64,000 nucleotides of DNA from Azolla caroliniana (taxonomy: Eukaryota > Plantae > Polypodiophyta): assembly GCA_043228905.1 (NCBI GenBank), contig JBHGNT010000009.1:17794001-17858000 (forward strand), read 5' to 3'. Under the pieces are notes generated by a model, which was not told the DNA's origin, made no database searches, and saw nothing but the letters and a program-made list of their open reading frames with translations. Shown piece after piece: positions 36,142 to 49,500 of this stretch; position 1 is the stretch's first letter, and each line of letters starts with the position of its first letter. The position numbers were made by a program, and so were the translations under genes.

Positions 36142-36203
36142 ACGTATACATCAAATTGGATACCTGAGAAGTGACGGGGAATATCGGGTTTTTATTTTGA
36201 GAT

Positions 36204-39200
36204 GCATTGGTGGTCTAGTGGAAGAATAGTACCCTGCCACGGTTCCGACCCGGGTTCGATTCCCGGCCAATGCATTGATGAAGCTTTCGGAATCATTCTT
36301 TAAGAATATCAATCCCTTCATGTAATATGTGATGTAAATATTAAATATGATAAGTCTCCACTATCTTTAAACACCATAATTGCAAAATTAGCTATATGGT
36401 TCTTGCTTCTTGTGCGAAACTAATTTCTGTTATGATCGTGATTTCTCTAAAATAACAATATTCTAACAAAAGCCAACATAAGCTGGTGATTATTGACCAA
36501 TACTTAACACTGCTATTTTGAATACCATAGACTCAATTAAGAAAATTAACATGGTCTTATCGCATGTTGCATGCATTGGTAGTTTTTTGGAAGAATAGTA
36601 CCCTCACACGGTATAGACTCAGGTTCAATTCCCGGTCAATGCAATGATGAAAACAAGGTTATTCAATCTTGGGAGAGAAATTTCCCACAGATACGATGTG
36701 GGACCATGTTCGACATCAAGAATCGTAAATGACCTTAAATTTTGCTATAACGACGAGAAATAATGTCAAGGAGAAATAAGGTTGTACTTACTTTTGAGGA
36801 CATATTTTGTTTCCTTCTAAATTTATTTGCGTCCAACAATACCATAATCATATTGAAACTATTTATTTTCTAGCGTATATATCAAATTGGATACCTAAGA
36901 AGTGATAGGAAATATCGGGTTTATATTTCGTTATGCATTGGTGGTCTAGTGGTAGAATAGTACCCTACCACGGTATAGACCCGGGTTCGATTCCCGGCCA
37001 ATCCACTGACCAAACTTTGCGAACCATTTTTCAAAATATGAATCGCTTCATGTAATATGTGCTGTAAATATTGAATATGATAAGTAACTAGAACTGCTAA
37101 ATTAACTATGTGGTTCTCTTTTCTTGTGCCAAATTAATTTCTCTTATGATCTTAATTTCTCTACAATAACAATATTCTAACAAAGGCCAACGTAGGATAG
37201 TGATTATTGAGCAATAGTTAGCATTGCTATTTTGAATATCATAGACTCAATAAAATAAAATTAACATGGTCTTATCGCATGTTACATGCATCGGTAGTTT
37301 AGTGGTAGAATATTACCCTCCCACGATACAAACTCGGGTTCAATTATTGGCCAATGCAATGATGAAAACAAGGTTATTCAATTTTAGGAGAAAAATTTCC
37401 CTCAAATACGATGTAAGACCATGTTCGACATCAAGAATCTTAAATGACCTTAAAATTTGTTGTAACGACGAGAAATAATGTCCAAGAGTATGTAGACATA
37501 TAAGGACGTAGTTACTTCTGAGGACGTATTTTGTTTACTTCTAAATTTATTTGCGTCCAACAATATCACAATAATATTTAAACTATTTATTTTCTAACGT
37601 ATCCATCAAATTGGATACCTGAGAAATAATAGGGAATATCGGGTTCTTTTTTCGATATGCATTGGTGGTCTAGTGAAAGAATAGTACCCTGCCACAGTAC
37701 AGACACGGGTTCGATTCCCGGTCAATGCACTAACAAAGTTTTCGGAACCAATTATTGAGAATATCAATCCCTTTAATTAATATGTCATGTAAATATTGAA
37801 TATGATAAGTCTCCATTATCTTTAAACACCATAACTGCAAAATTAGGTATATGGTTCTCGCTTCTTGTGCCAAACTAATTTCTGTTATGATCGTGATTTC
37901 TCTGAAATTACAATATTCTAAGAAAGGCCAATGTAAGCTGGTGATTATTGAGCAATACTTAGCATTGCTATTACGAATACCACAAACTCAATAAAGAAAA
38001 TTAACATGGTCTTATCGCATGTTGCATGCATTGGTAGTTTAGTGGTAGAATAGTACCCTCCCACGGTACAGACTCGCGTTCAATTCCCAGTCAATGCAAT
38101 GATGAAAACAAGGTTATTCAATCTTGGGAGAGAAATTTCCCTCAGATACGATGTGGGACCATGTTCGACATCAAGAATCGTAAATGACCTTAAATTTTGT
38201 TGTAACGACGAGAAATATTGTCAAGGAGAAATAAAGTCGTACTTACATTGGAGGACGTGTTTTGTTTCCTTCTCAATTTATTTGCATCCAACAATACCAC
38301 AATAATATTTAAACCATTTATTTTGAACGTATATATGAAATTGGATACCTGAGAAGTGATAGGGAATATTCAGTTTATATTTCCTATGCATTGGTGCCTA
38401 GTGGTAGAATACTACCCTGCCACGGTACAGACCCAGGTTCGATTCCTGGCCAATGCACAGATGAAGCTTTCAGAACCATTTTTTAAGAATATCAATCCCT
38501 TCATGTACTATGTGATGTAAATATTGAATATGATAAGTCCCCACTATATTTAAACACAATAACTGCTAAATTAGCTATCTAGTTCTCGCTTCTTATGCCA
38601 AACTAATTTTTGTTATGATCGTGATTTCTCTAAAATAACAATATTCTAACAAAAGCCAACGTAAGCTGGTGATTATTGAGCAATACTTAGCATTGCTATT
38701 TCGAATACTATAGACTCAATAAATGAAAATTAACATGGTCTTATCGCATATTGCATGCATTGGTAGTTTAGTGGTAGAATGGTACCCTCCCACGGTACAG
38801 ACTCGGGTTCAATTCCCGGCCAATGCAATGATGAAAATAAGGTTATTCAATCTTGGGAGAGAAATTTCCCTCAGATACGACGTGAGACCATGTTCGACAT
38901 CAAGAATCGAAAAATGACCTTAAAGTTTGTTGCAACGAAGAGAAATAATTCAAGGAGTCTGTGCACATATAACGTCGTAGTTACTTTTGAGAACACAATT
39001 TGGATACCTGAGAGTTGACAAGGAATATCAGGTTTATATTTTGTTATGTATTGGTGGTCTCGTGGTAGAATAGTACCCTGCCACGGTACAGTCCTAGGTT
39101 CGATTCCCGGCCAATGCACTAACCAAGCTTTCAGAACCAATTTTTGAGAATATCAATTCATTCGTGTAATATGTGTTGTAAATATTGAATATGATAAGTC

Positions 39201-39802
39201 TCCACTATCTTTAAAGACTAGAACTGCTAAATTAGCTATATGGTTCTCGCTTCTTGTGCCAAACTAATTTGTATTATGCTCATGACTTCTCTACAATAAC
39301 AATATTCTAACAAAGGCCAACGTAAGATGGTGATTATTGAGCAATACTTAGCATTGCTATTTCGAATACCATAGACTCAATAAAAGAAAATTAACATGGT
39401 CTTATTGCATGTTGCATGCATAGGTAGTTCAGTGGTAGAATAGTACCCTCTCACGGTACAGACTCAGGTTCAATTCCTTCACATACGATGTGAGACAACG
39501 TTCAACATCAAGAATCTTAAAAGACCTTAAAGTTTGCTGCAATGGAGAGAACTAATTCATGGAGTTAGTGGACATATAACGTCGTAGTTACTTTTTAGAA
39601 CATATTTTGGTTCCTCCTAAATTTATTTGCGTCCAAGAAAGACACAACAATATTTAAACTATTTATTTTCTAAAATAAATATCAAATTGGATACCTGAGA
39701 AGTCACAAGGAATATCGGGCTTCTATTTCCCTATGCATTGGTGGTGTCGTGGTAGAATAGTACCTTGCCACGATAGACCCGGGTCGATTCCCGGCCAATG
39801 CA
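36204..39802 (+). pseudogene. Eleven mostly degenerate tRNA-Gly copies (36204, 36573, 36935, 37288, 37659, 38028, 38388, 38757, 39048, 39418, 39735)
   Basis: GCC/CCC alternation retained; 38757 is near consensus; mutated anticodons CAC, ACC and CTC occur. Confidence 0.85.
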
Positions 39803-40422
39803 CTAACCAAACTTTGCGAACCATTTTTCAGAATATGAATCCCTTGATTTAATATGTGATGTAAATATTGAATATGATAAGTCTCCACTATCTTTAAAAA
39901 CCAGAACTGCTAAATTAGCTATATGGTTCTCGCGTCTTGTACCAAACTAATTTCTGTTATGCTCTTGATTTCTCTACAATAACAACATTCTAACAATGAA
40001 ATTTATATTGGTTCTATGCATATTGTAAGGAAAGGAGGAGGCAAGAGTGGTTGTAATGCAGCGGAAGATAAGTGTGTGTGTGTGTCTCAAGACATAGAGA
40101 GAGAGAGAGAGAGCTCTGAAGACAGAGATAGACTAAATTGTATATTAACCAAAAAATGCTTCAAAACATAAAACATCCATATAATGACTAAGGTACAATG
40201 CGTTAGATTATATACCAACTAAGCTAGGGCAAGTGCCCTTTCTACTATTTACAAAATTAGCCCAACATGTACATGAGATAGTGTGAAACCTATCTATGGG
40301 AAGTTGAGTTCGATTCTCAACACACCCCTTCGTAGACAACTTCCATCTGTCGAAAAGTTGTTTCGGTCTTCGAAGTACTTCAATTTAAGGGATCGGATTC
40401 TGGCTTTATTGTTTTATCCTTC

Positions 40423-43400
40423 TTATTGCGTGTTGCGTAGTCTATGTTGCATATGTTGCGTAGTCCCCCTCAAGCTCGACAATGTAGATGTCCTGAGACC
40501 AAGGTCCAATGCAAATTTCCCGAGCTTGTCGACGCTTAGAGCTTTTGTAAAAATATGAGCAACCTGGAGGTGTGTACTGATGTGTTGTAGGTCGATCTCT
40601 CCGGCCCGTATGCGCTCGCAGATGAAGTGGTAGTGAACTTCAATATGCTTTGTTCGCGCGTGGAATATGGGATTCCGCGCCAGGTAGATACTGCTCATGT
40701 TGTCTCAGTAGAGATGAATTGGATCGTTGATGGGTACGCCCAGATCCTTTAGTACGCGTTTGAGCCAGACGGCTTCGCATGCGGCGACTGCTGCGCCCCT
40801 GTATTCAGCTTCCGTGCTCGACAATGCAACTGTCGGTTGCTTCTTACTACTCCAAGAGATCGCTTCGCTACCAAGAGAGAAGACCAATCCGGATGTGGAT
40901 CGCCTATCTGCTTTATATCCTGCCCAATCCGCATTTGTGTACCCTTCAAGTTGAATGATCGCATTCGTCTTGTACATAATGCTGTAGTCCATTGTCATAC
41001 TAACATACCGAAGTATCCTCTTAGCGTAGTCCAGATGAAGATTTTGCGGATTCTGCATAAACTGGTTAAGGATGCCAACCACATAACTGAGGTCGGGTCG
41101 CGTAATGGTCAGATAGATCAAGCTACCGATCAGTTTCCGATACTGAGTCGGCTCGCTCTCAGCGGTTCCGGAACTAGCATCGATCTTGAGATTACGATCA
41201 AGAGGGGTAGACACAGGCTTGCACTCAGTCATTCCGAACTTGTAGATTAAGTTGAGAATGTAGTACGGTTGAGAGATCATTATTCCGAATGGTGTTCGAA
41301 TTACTTCAATACCTAGGAAGTAATGGAGCTCGTGTAAGTCTTTCATTTTGAATCTGCCGGAAAGAAGAGATTTGACTTTGTTAATCTCAGTGAGATCCTT
41401 TCCTCCGATGACCAAATCATCCACATACAGGATGATGATGATCCGGCTATCCGACTCATTTCGGATGTACAGAGAAGTATCGGATTTTGACATCCGAAAT
41501 ACGACTTGATGAAGATATTGCGTGATATTCGAATGGCAAGCATGTGGTTCTTGTTTGAGGCCGTAAAGTGGTTTCTTAGGTTGGCATACGGTGTGTGGAT
41601 GTTTACGCGATTCGAATCCAGGTGGTTGTATCATGTACACCTCTTCTTCTAACTCTCCTTGGAGGAAAGAATTTTTTACGTCCATTTGGTGGAGGTGCCA
41701 TCCCTTCGCTACGGCGAGTGCAATATTTGTCCGTACAGTTTTCATCTTTGCTACCGGAGCAAAAGGTTTCTTCATAGTCTATGTCGTGCATTTGCACGTA
41801 GCCTTTCACAACGAGTCGTGCTTTGAAGCGATTCATGGATCCGTCGGCATTGTATTTTACTTTGTATATCCATTTGCAGCCAATCGCTTTCAAGGCCTTC
41901 GAACTCACTATCAAGGGAGTGGGTCGATTTGAATTCAAATTGATCTTCATATTCCTGCATTTTCGCCTTCCATTTGTCCAGCTTTCATCGCTCGACGGCT
42001 CTGATGGCCCACTCAGTCGTGTCGTAATTGGGCTATCTTCTAACATCTATGACAGCCAATCCCCAACTTCTATTTCTATTTCAGTGTCATATGTCTCAAG
42101 TGGGGTTGGAGTCGAAGTATTCTCTGGTGCGTACCAGAATGCGTACTCGTCGAAGACTACGTCTCGACTTGTTTGAATTTTTCGGGTAGATGGGTTGTAG
42201 CATTTGTACCCCTTCTGTTCGAGTGAGTATCCTACGAGGATACATTTCTCCAACTTTGGGTCAAGCTTTTGCCGCGTATCGTCGGGAATATGTATGTAGG
42301 CGATAGAACCGAAAATGCGGTCATGTGACAAATCCAGCTTCTTTCCGAAGAACATCTCATGTGGAGTTATATCGTGTACTCCTGAGGTTGTGCACCAGTT
42401 CATGATATATACGGCCGTATTTGCCGCTTCTGCCCAATATGATTTCAGCAAGTTCTTCTCATTCATCATGGCTCGTGCGACTTCTAGTACATGGCGATTT
42501 TTACGTTCTACTACGCCGTTTTGCTAAGGCGTGTGTCGACACGAGAACTCTCGTCGGATTCCTTCTTTTCGAAGATATGCTGTAAATTCATCCAAATTTC
42601 GTATTTCTCCTTCTCCGTCCTCTCCAGTTAGCACGCCAATAGCTGACATCTTGATGATTGAATCCACAAACGCTTGAAAGAAATCATTACCAGACAAGGC
42701 AAATTGGTTCACTAAAAATATTCTTTGCCTCCATCTGATTGAAGACAACGTACATGCCGACCCGTAGTTTTTTCGACTTCGGCTTTGAATGTCTGGAAGT
42801 GCCTGGACATTTCACTCTTGTGCTTCATTGGATAGATCCAGGTGTTCCTGGAGAAGTCGTCGATGAACATGACAAAGTATCGACATCCGCCGAACGTTGG
42901 TGTTTGGGCTGGTCCCCATACATCTAAATGTATTACATCCAGGATCCCTTTGCTTACATTCCGCTTGTTAGGGAATGCATGACCGCGTTGCTTTCCAAAC
43001 TGACATGCTTCGCATACGCCTGTAATCTCCTTTGCCGTAAAGTTCGGGAGTCTGATTAGGACTCCTTTCGATTGCATGTTTTGTAGCTTCTGGAGATTAG
43101 TGTGGTTGATTCTCTTGTGCCACAGTTTTAAGTCGGTTTCGACTTTCTGGCCCTTTGCATACATGGCCAACTTTACCTCTCTCGATTCGAGGATGAACAT
43201 ACGGCCTTCTCGTCAACCATGAGCTACGACTTGATCACCTTTTTCGATGAAGCATCCGTCATTATTGAAGCATACTTGCATTCCTTGTTCGACAATCTGG
43301 CCAACCGAGACCAGGTTTTTCGTAATAGTGGGGACATGCAGCACGTTCTTGAGGTAGGTTTGTTTGCTGTCATTTACGAATGGGACGTTCCCGATATGCT

Positions 43401-43925
43401 GTATGGGGTGAGTCGTGTCGTCTCCTGTTTCGACATATCCGGGACGTTCGGGCCTCTGTAGTTCCCGAAACCAATCTTCATGGGATTTCATGTGATTGGA
43501 TGCTCCCGAATCGACAAACCATACGTTGTTCGGAGTAGAATCGGTAGTTGACACAAGTGCGGACATTGAGTGTGCTTCGTGCTTCATTATGAACATTCCG
43601 CAGCGGTTGCCGTAGTCGGAGTTCATGGCATAATTTGTCAGTTGTCGGCCATGCTCACGCTTCTTCTTTCGACACTCCTCTTCGTAGTGGCCGAGTTTTT
43701 CGCAGTACACGCACTCAACTCGGTTTCTACGATTGCTTGGTCCGGCATGATGACTCCCCCTTCCGCCGAACTCTCTAGGACTACTTCTGTCTGCTTGCCA
43801 TTGGTGGGAGTTATGATGTTGATTGTGGGAGTTACAAGGTATTGATGCATCTTATATTCCCAAGATGCAAAGTTCGTTCTGTCGAGCTTCTTTGTAGGAA
43901 GAGCGCTTCCCATTTGAGTATTCAT
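40423..43925 (-). pseudogene. Copia gag-pol pseudogene
   Basis: ORF pieces 43213-43710, 42712-43200, 42047-42469, 40705-41775, 40423-40698. Confidence 0.92.
42596..42714 (-). pseudogene. Captured fragment of a class III plant peroxidase C-terminus
   Basis: Translates to VNQFALSGNDFFQAFVDSIIKMSAIGVLTGEDGEGEIRN, matching the V..FA.....FF..F..S..KM..I.VLTG..GEIR consensus. Confidence 0.8.
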
Positions 43926-44074
43926 GGTGATTTCTTCTCTGTCGATGGACCGGTTCTGTTGATCGTCGGCGTGCAGCACAACACAGTCAAAAATACTTGA
44001 TCAGGCAACCACTCGCTCTGATACCATGTAAAGAAATGAGGAGGCAAGAGTGGTTGTAATGCAACGGAAGATAC

Positions 44075-44076
<2 letters not shown>

Positions 44077-44109
<33 letters not shown>

Positions 44110-44112
44110 TCA

Positions 44113-44168
<56 letters not shown>
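44077..44168. repeat. (GT)n and (GA)n microsatellites in the copia LTR
   Basis: Read directly; longer than in the partner LTR at ~40072-40112. Confidence 0.9.
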
Positions 44169-44173
<5 letters not shown>

Positions 44174-44511
44174 AAGAGAGCTCTGAAGACAGAGATAGAC
44201 TAAACTGTATATTAACCAAAAAATGCATCAAAACATAAAACATCCAACAATGACTAAGTTACAATGCGTTAGTTTATATACCAACTAAGCTAGGGCAAGT
44301 GCCCTTTCTACTATTTACAAAACTAGCCCAACATGTCCATGAGCTACTGTGAAACCTATCTATGCGAAGTTGAGTTCGATTCTCCACACATATATGTACC
44401 CATAGATAGCCAACCTATGATGGTGATTGTTGAGTAATAGTTAGGATAGCCATTTCGAATACCATAGTCTTCTTAAAATAAATTTAGCATGGTTCTTATC
44501 ACAAGTTGCAT

Positions 44512-46142
44512 GCATTGGTAGTTTAGTGGTAGAATAGTACCCTCCCACGGTGCAGATGTGGGTTCAATTCCTGGATATTGCAATGATCAAAACGTGGGAA
44601 TTCTCTCTTGGGAGAGTAAATTCCCTCACATACGATGTGACACAATTTTTGACATTAAGAATCGTAAAAGACCTTAAGTTTTGGTGTAACAAAGAGAAAT
44701 AATGTAAAGGAGTATATAGACATATAACGTCGTAGTTACTTCTCAAGACGGAATTTGGTTCCTCTATTCATTTGCGTCCAAGAGTAACACAGCAATATTT
44801 AAACTATTTATTTGTTAACGTATATATCCAATTGGATACCTGAGAAGTAACATAGAATATCGGATTTATATTTGCTCATGCATTGGTGGTCTATTGGTAG
44901 AATAATACCCTGCCATGGTACAAACCTGGGTTGGATTCTCGGCCAATGCATTGACCAAAATTTGGGAACCATTTTTTTAGAACATGAATCCCTTCATGTA
45001 ATATGTGATGTAAGATTCAATATGATACAAGTCTCCACTATCTTTAAAGACCACAACTGCTAAATTAGCTATATGGTTCCCGATTCTTGTGCCAAAGTTA
45101 TTTATGTTATGCTCATGATTTCTCTACAATAACAATATTCTGACAAAGAAATTTATATTGGTTCCTAGCATATTTGTACCCTTAGATAACCAACTTATGA
45201 TGATGATTGTTGAGCAATAACTAGGATAGCCACTTCGAATACCATAGTCTTCTTAAAAGAAAATTAGCATGGTTCTTAAAAAATGCACGTTGCATGAATT
45301 GGTAGTTTAGTGGGAGAATAGTACCCTCCCACGTTACAAACTCGGGTTCAATTCACTGCCAATGCCATGATCAAAACGTGGGAATTCTATCTTGGGAGAG
45401 AAAACTCCCTCATAATGACGATGTTAGACGATTTTCGATATTAAGAATCGTAAAAGACCTTAAATTTATTATTAACAAGGAGAAGTAATGTCAAGGAGTA
45501 TGTACACATATAACGTCATAATTACTTCTGGAATTTGTTTCCTCCTATATTCATTTGCATCCAAGAGTAACACAACAATATTTAAACTATTTATTTGCTA
45601 ACGTATATATCCAATCGGATACCTGAGAAGTGACAGAGAATATCGTTTTTATAGTTGCATTACTGGTCTAGTGATAGAATAATACTTACCACGGTACAGA
45701 GCCGGGTTTGATTCCCAGCTAATGCACTAAACAAAATTTGTGAACCATTTTTTCGGTGAAGGAATATAAATCCCTTCATGTAATATGTTATGTAAGATTG
45801 AATATGATAATTCTCCACTATCTTTAAAGACCACAATTGCTAAATTAGTTGTACAGTTCTCTATTCTTGTGCAAAAGTAATTTTTGTTATGCTCATGATA
45901 TCTGTACAATAACAATATTCTGAAAAAGACATTTATATTGGTTCCAAGCATATATGTACCCATAGATAGGCAACCTATGATGGTGATTGTTGAGCAATAG
46001 TTAGGATAGCCATTTCGAATACCATAGTCGTCATAAAACAAAATTAGCATGGTTGTTATCACATGCTGCATGCATTGGTAGTTTAGTGGTCGAATAGTAC
46101 CCTCCCACGTTAGAGACTCGGGTTCAATCCCTGGCCAATGCA
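44512..46142 (+). pseudogene. Five degenerate tRNA-Gly copies at the right edge of the array (44512, 44880, 45296, 45657, 46072)
   Basis: Multiple substitutions; longer and more divergent spacers. Confidence 0.85.
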
Positions 46143-46511
46143 ATGATCAAAACTTGGGAATTCTTTCATGGGAGAGTAAATTTCCTGACAATCACGATGT
46201 GAGATAATTTTAGACATTAAGAATTGTAAAAGACCTTAAATTTATGATTAACAAGGAGAAATAATGTCACGATGTTCTACTTCAAATTGTAATTATTTAC
46301 AATTATGCCTTTCATAGATTGAGGAATCGTCTACGATGATCACAGTCATGATAGGTTTCTGTTTTCTTCGTTTTCTTCTTCTTCTTCTTCTTCTTCTATC
46401 TTTTGCGATTATCACACTCAGAGTCAGGACAGGTTTATGTTTTCTTTTCTCTCTTCTTCTTCTTCTTCTTCATCTTCTTCATCGTCGTCTCTTCTATTCT
46501 TTTTTTCTTCC

Positions 46512-49500
46512 TACAAGAAAAAATAACACTTTGTACATACTTCATGCTTAGTGAGCACCTTTTATACAAGCCCCGACTATTGGGCTGTCACAAGTACTTA
46601 CAGCATTTGACCGCTCATAAATGAGCATCCTACACTTACTCCTAAAATTATTCCTTACGAGGAATAACATTCTAATGGCCATGTTGTGCGTACAGTTTTA
46701 CGCACTATGCAATGGGTTATGCACCCAATGTTGAGCTTGTCTCTCAACACTCCCCCTCAAGCTCAACTTGAGGTTCCATCTGCTCTTCCGGATCTTCGCT
46801 CTAGCCTCTCCTGGCTTCACGCCTCACTCGCGCTCATTGCGTCGTTCGATTCTGCGCGCTTTGACCCTTCAGGTCGGCTTGTCTGCTGATGTGGTCCTTC
46901 TCAACTCCCTTGCTATCGAGGTGTTTGTGCCTCTTTCGCTGCCCTTCCCTCCGCTTGGCCCTCAATCGATTTGTAATGTCTGAATCGAACATTTTGATTG
47001 AGTCGGTCACTTCCGATTCAATTCCACTTCCGCTCAAATTGGCTGTCTCCAATTCATCTTCTGTTTTCAGGCCCTTGACAACATCAAACCACGTCTTGAT
47101 CTTGGCCTTTACGCCCTTCTTGGCTGTATTTCCCCTTTGATCGGTTGTATTCTGCTCTTCCTTGTGATTACGACCCTTATTTTCTTCTTCGGCTTCTTCA
47201 GCCGACCCAAAATCGAATTCTTCATCCATCTCGGTATCGCGGTCACTACCGCTCCTTCCAAGCTCCTGTTCCTGTCTCCCCCTCAAGTTCACCATATCGA
47301 TGTGACGCAATCCAAGCGCACCCGAGAAATGTCGTAACTTGTCGAGACCAAGGGGCTTGGTGAAGATGTCGGCAATCTGCCGACCCATCAGAACATACGC
47401 AAGTTCAACTTCACCGGAAAGGACCTACTCGCGGACAAAATGATAGTGCACCTCAATGTGCTTGGTCCGGGCGTGGAATATAGGGTTTTTCGCAAGGTGG
47501 ATACAGTTGAGGTTATCGCAATAGATCATCCTTGGATTGAACACCTCCACATGCAGATCCCGTAACAGCCGTTTCAGTCAAATGACTTCGCATGTAGCAA
47601 CAGTCACCCCTCGATATTTAGACTCCGTGCTCAACAATGCTACTATCGGTTGCTTCTTACTTCACCACGCAATCGCCGCGCTTCCCAACGAGAATGCGTA
47701 TCCGGATGTGGATCTACGATCGTTGGTATTTCCGGCCCAATCAGCATCCGTGTAGCCAACTAATTGTTCGGCTATGCCTGTATGATACAACAACGCCATG
47801 TCTTTCGTGCCACGGACATATCGTAATATCCTTTGCGCGCACTAAAGGTGTTCGGTCGTGGGTTGCGACATAAATTGACTGATCATTCCGACCGGGTAGC
47901 TGAGATCCGGCCAAGTAATTGTCAAGTAAATTAGGCTTCCGACAATCTGTCGGAACCGTGTCGGGTCGCACACCTTACCCAAATCTCGACGAAGCTTTAC
48001 GTTTCTATCCAGATGGGGTCGAGATGGGTTTACAATCTGCCATCCCGAACTTAAAGAGCATATTTAGCGCGTAATGACGTTGACTAATCAATATGCCTTC
48101 GGGGGGTGCGGATCACTTCGATCCCGAGGAAGTTATGAAGGTCTCCAAGATCCTTCATTTCGAAAGATGCCACGAGTTGAGACTTGACACGGCCGATTTC
48201 TTCTAGGTCGGCACCGGCGATGACTAAATCATCAACATACAGTAGAAGGCTAACCGGTCCATGTTGACCTTGCCGAGTGAACAATGAAGAGTCTGACTTG
48301 GACATCGTAATCTTCGCGTTCCGAGCTCGCGGGGCTTGCTTAAGTCCATAAAGTGACTTCTTCAATCGGAAAATGGCCGAAGTGTTATGTTCGGGTAGAA
48401 ATCTGGGGTGTTGTACCATGTACACATGTTCCTCAAGATCTCCTTGCAGGAACGCATTCTTTACATCCATCTAATGTAGATGCCACCCCTTCGCCGCTGC
48501 GACACTTAGCAAGTCATGCACGGTAGTCATCTTCGCGATAGGCGCGAAGGTCTCGTCGTAATCAACACCGTGTTTCTGTGCGTAGCCTTTCACTACTAGC
48601 CGAGACTTATATCGATTGACGGAGCCGTTGGTGTTGTATTTCACCTTATACACCCATCTACATCCGATCGGCTTTACACCCTTCGGTGCATCAACCAGGT
48701 CCCAAGTCTCATTGTCCGTTAAATTGTGCATCTCTTCTTCCATCGTGGCATGCCAATTTGCATCTTTCGCCACTTCTGCTTAGCTCTCCGGCTCACGCAC
48801 TTCCGTCGTGCGCGTCATGTACGCATAATGCTGCACCATGTACTCATTATACCCGTACCTCTTAATGGGGTTCTTTAGGCGGGTAGATCGGTGTAATTCG
48901 TGATTACCCGATTTCACGGCCTTTTCGGCCGATTTCGACCTTTTCCGTGGAGGTTCCTTTTTTATTGGCCCGAAATCAGAGTCGCTCTGATCTAACTCGG
49001 TACTTCCGAACTCATATTCTGGCATTTTCTTCTTCCCTTTTTCTTTACACATAAACCGTCTCCTCGGTTCTTTACGTGGGGACAACACGGACAAGTCTCC
49101 ACTACTCGCTGGCTCTTCGTTTGGTTGGCCATATCAGCTCAACCCCTCATTCGGCCTGCTTAGCCGAAATGAGATCGAACTCTCTCTCAGAGCTCCAATA
49201 TCCTCATCACGCGAAGGCATCTCAACCTCGTTGACCTCTTCTTCAGAATTCGGAATGGAGTCATCAGGGATTTGAGGTGAAGGCAAGTACCACGAAGCAG
49301 ACTCATCGAACACGACATCTCGGCTTACGCGAACTTCCTTCGTTTGGGGGTTGTAGCACTTATACCCCTTTTGTTCGTCTGAATAGCTGACTAAGATGCA
49401 CTTTTCGGCTTTGGCATCCAGCTTCCTCCGTTTCTCCTTCGGCGCATGCACGTACGCGATGCTGTCGAAAATCCTCAAGTGTGCCAAGTTCGGCTTCTTT

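Larger units (their letters stand above)
40024..44388 (-). mobile_element. Decayed Ty1/copia LTR retrotransposon inserted in an array spacer
   Basis: LTRs 40024-40322 and 44027-44388, 5-bp TSD CATAT, Met-i PBS 44015-44026, RT (ILYVDDL), RNase H, integrase and protease fragments; most of gag deleted. Confidence 0.95.
3950..46270 (+). repeat. Tandem array of ~85 tRNA-Gly genes and pseudogenes (GCC-type alternating with one or two CCC-type), unit ~730 or 923 bp, interrupted by LTR elements
   Basis: 71-nt cloverleaf GCATTGG..CCAATGCA recurs with homologous AT-rich spacers. GCC starts at 12111, 13034, 13957, 14880, 15803, 16726, 17649, 18572, 19495 are exactly 923 bp apart; 730-bp spacing at 19495-20225 and 22994-23724. 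Confidence 0.97.

Noticed and set aside
19525-46143. Short ORFs (60-138 aa) overlapping tRNAs and spacers
   Set aside because: Chance frames in AT-rich repeats, not conserved across units, no domain motifs.
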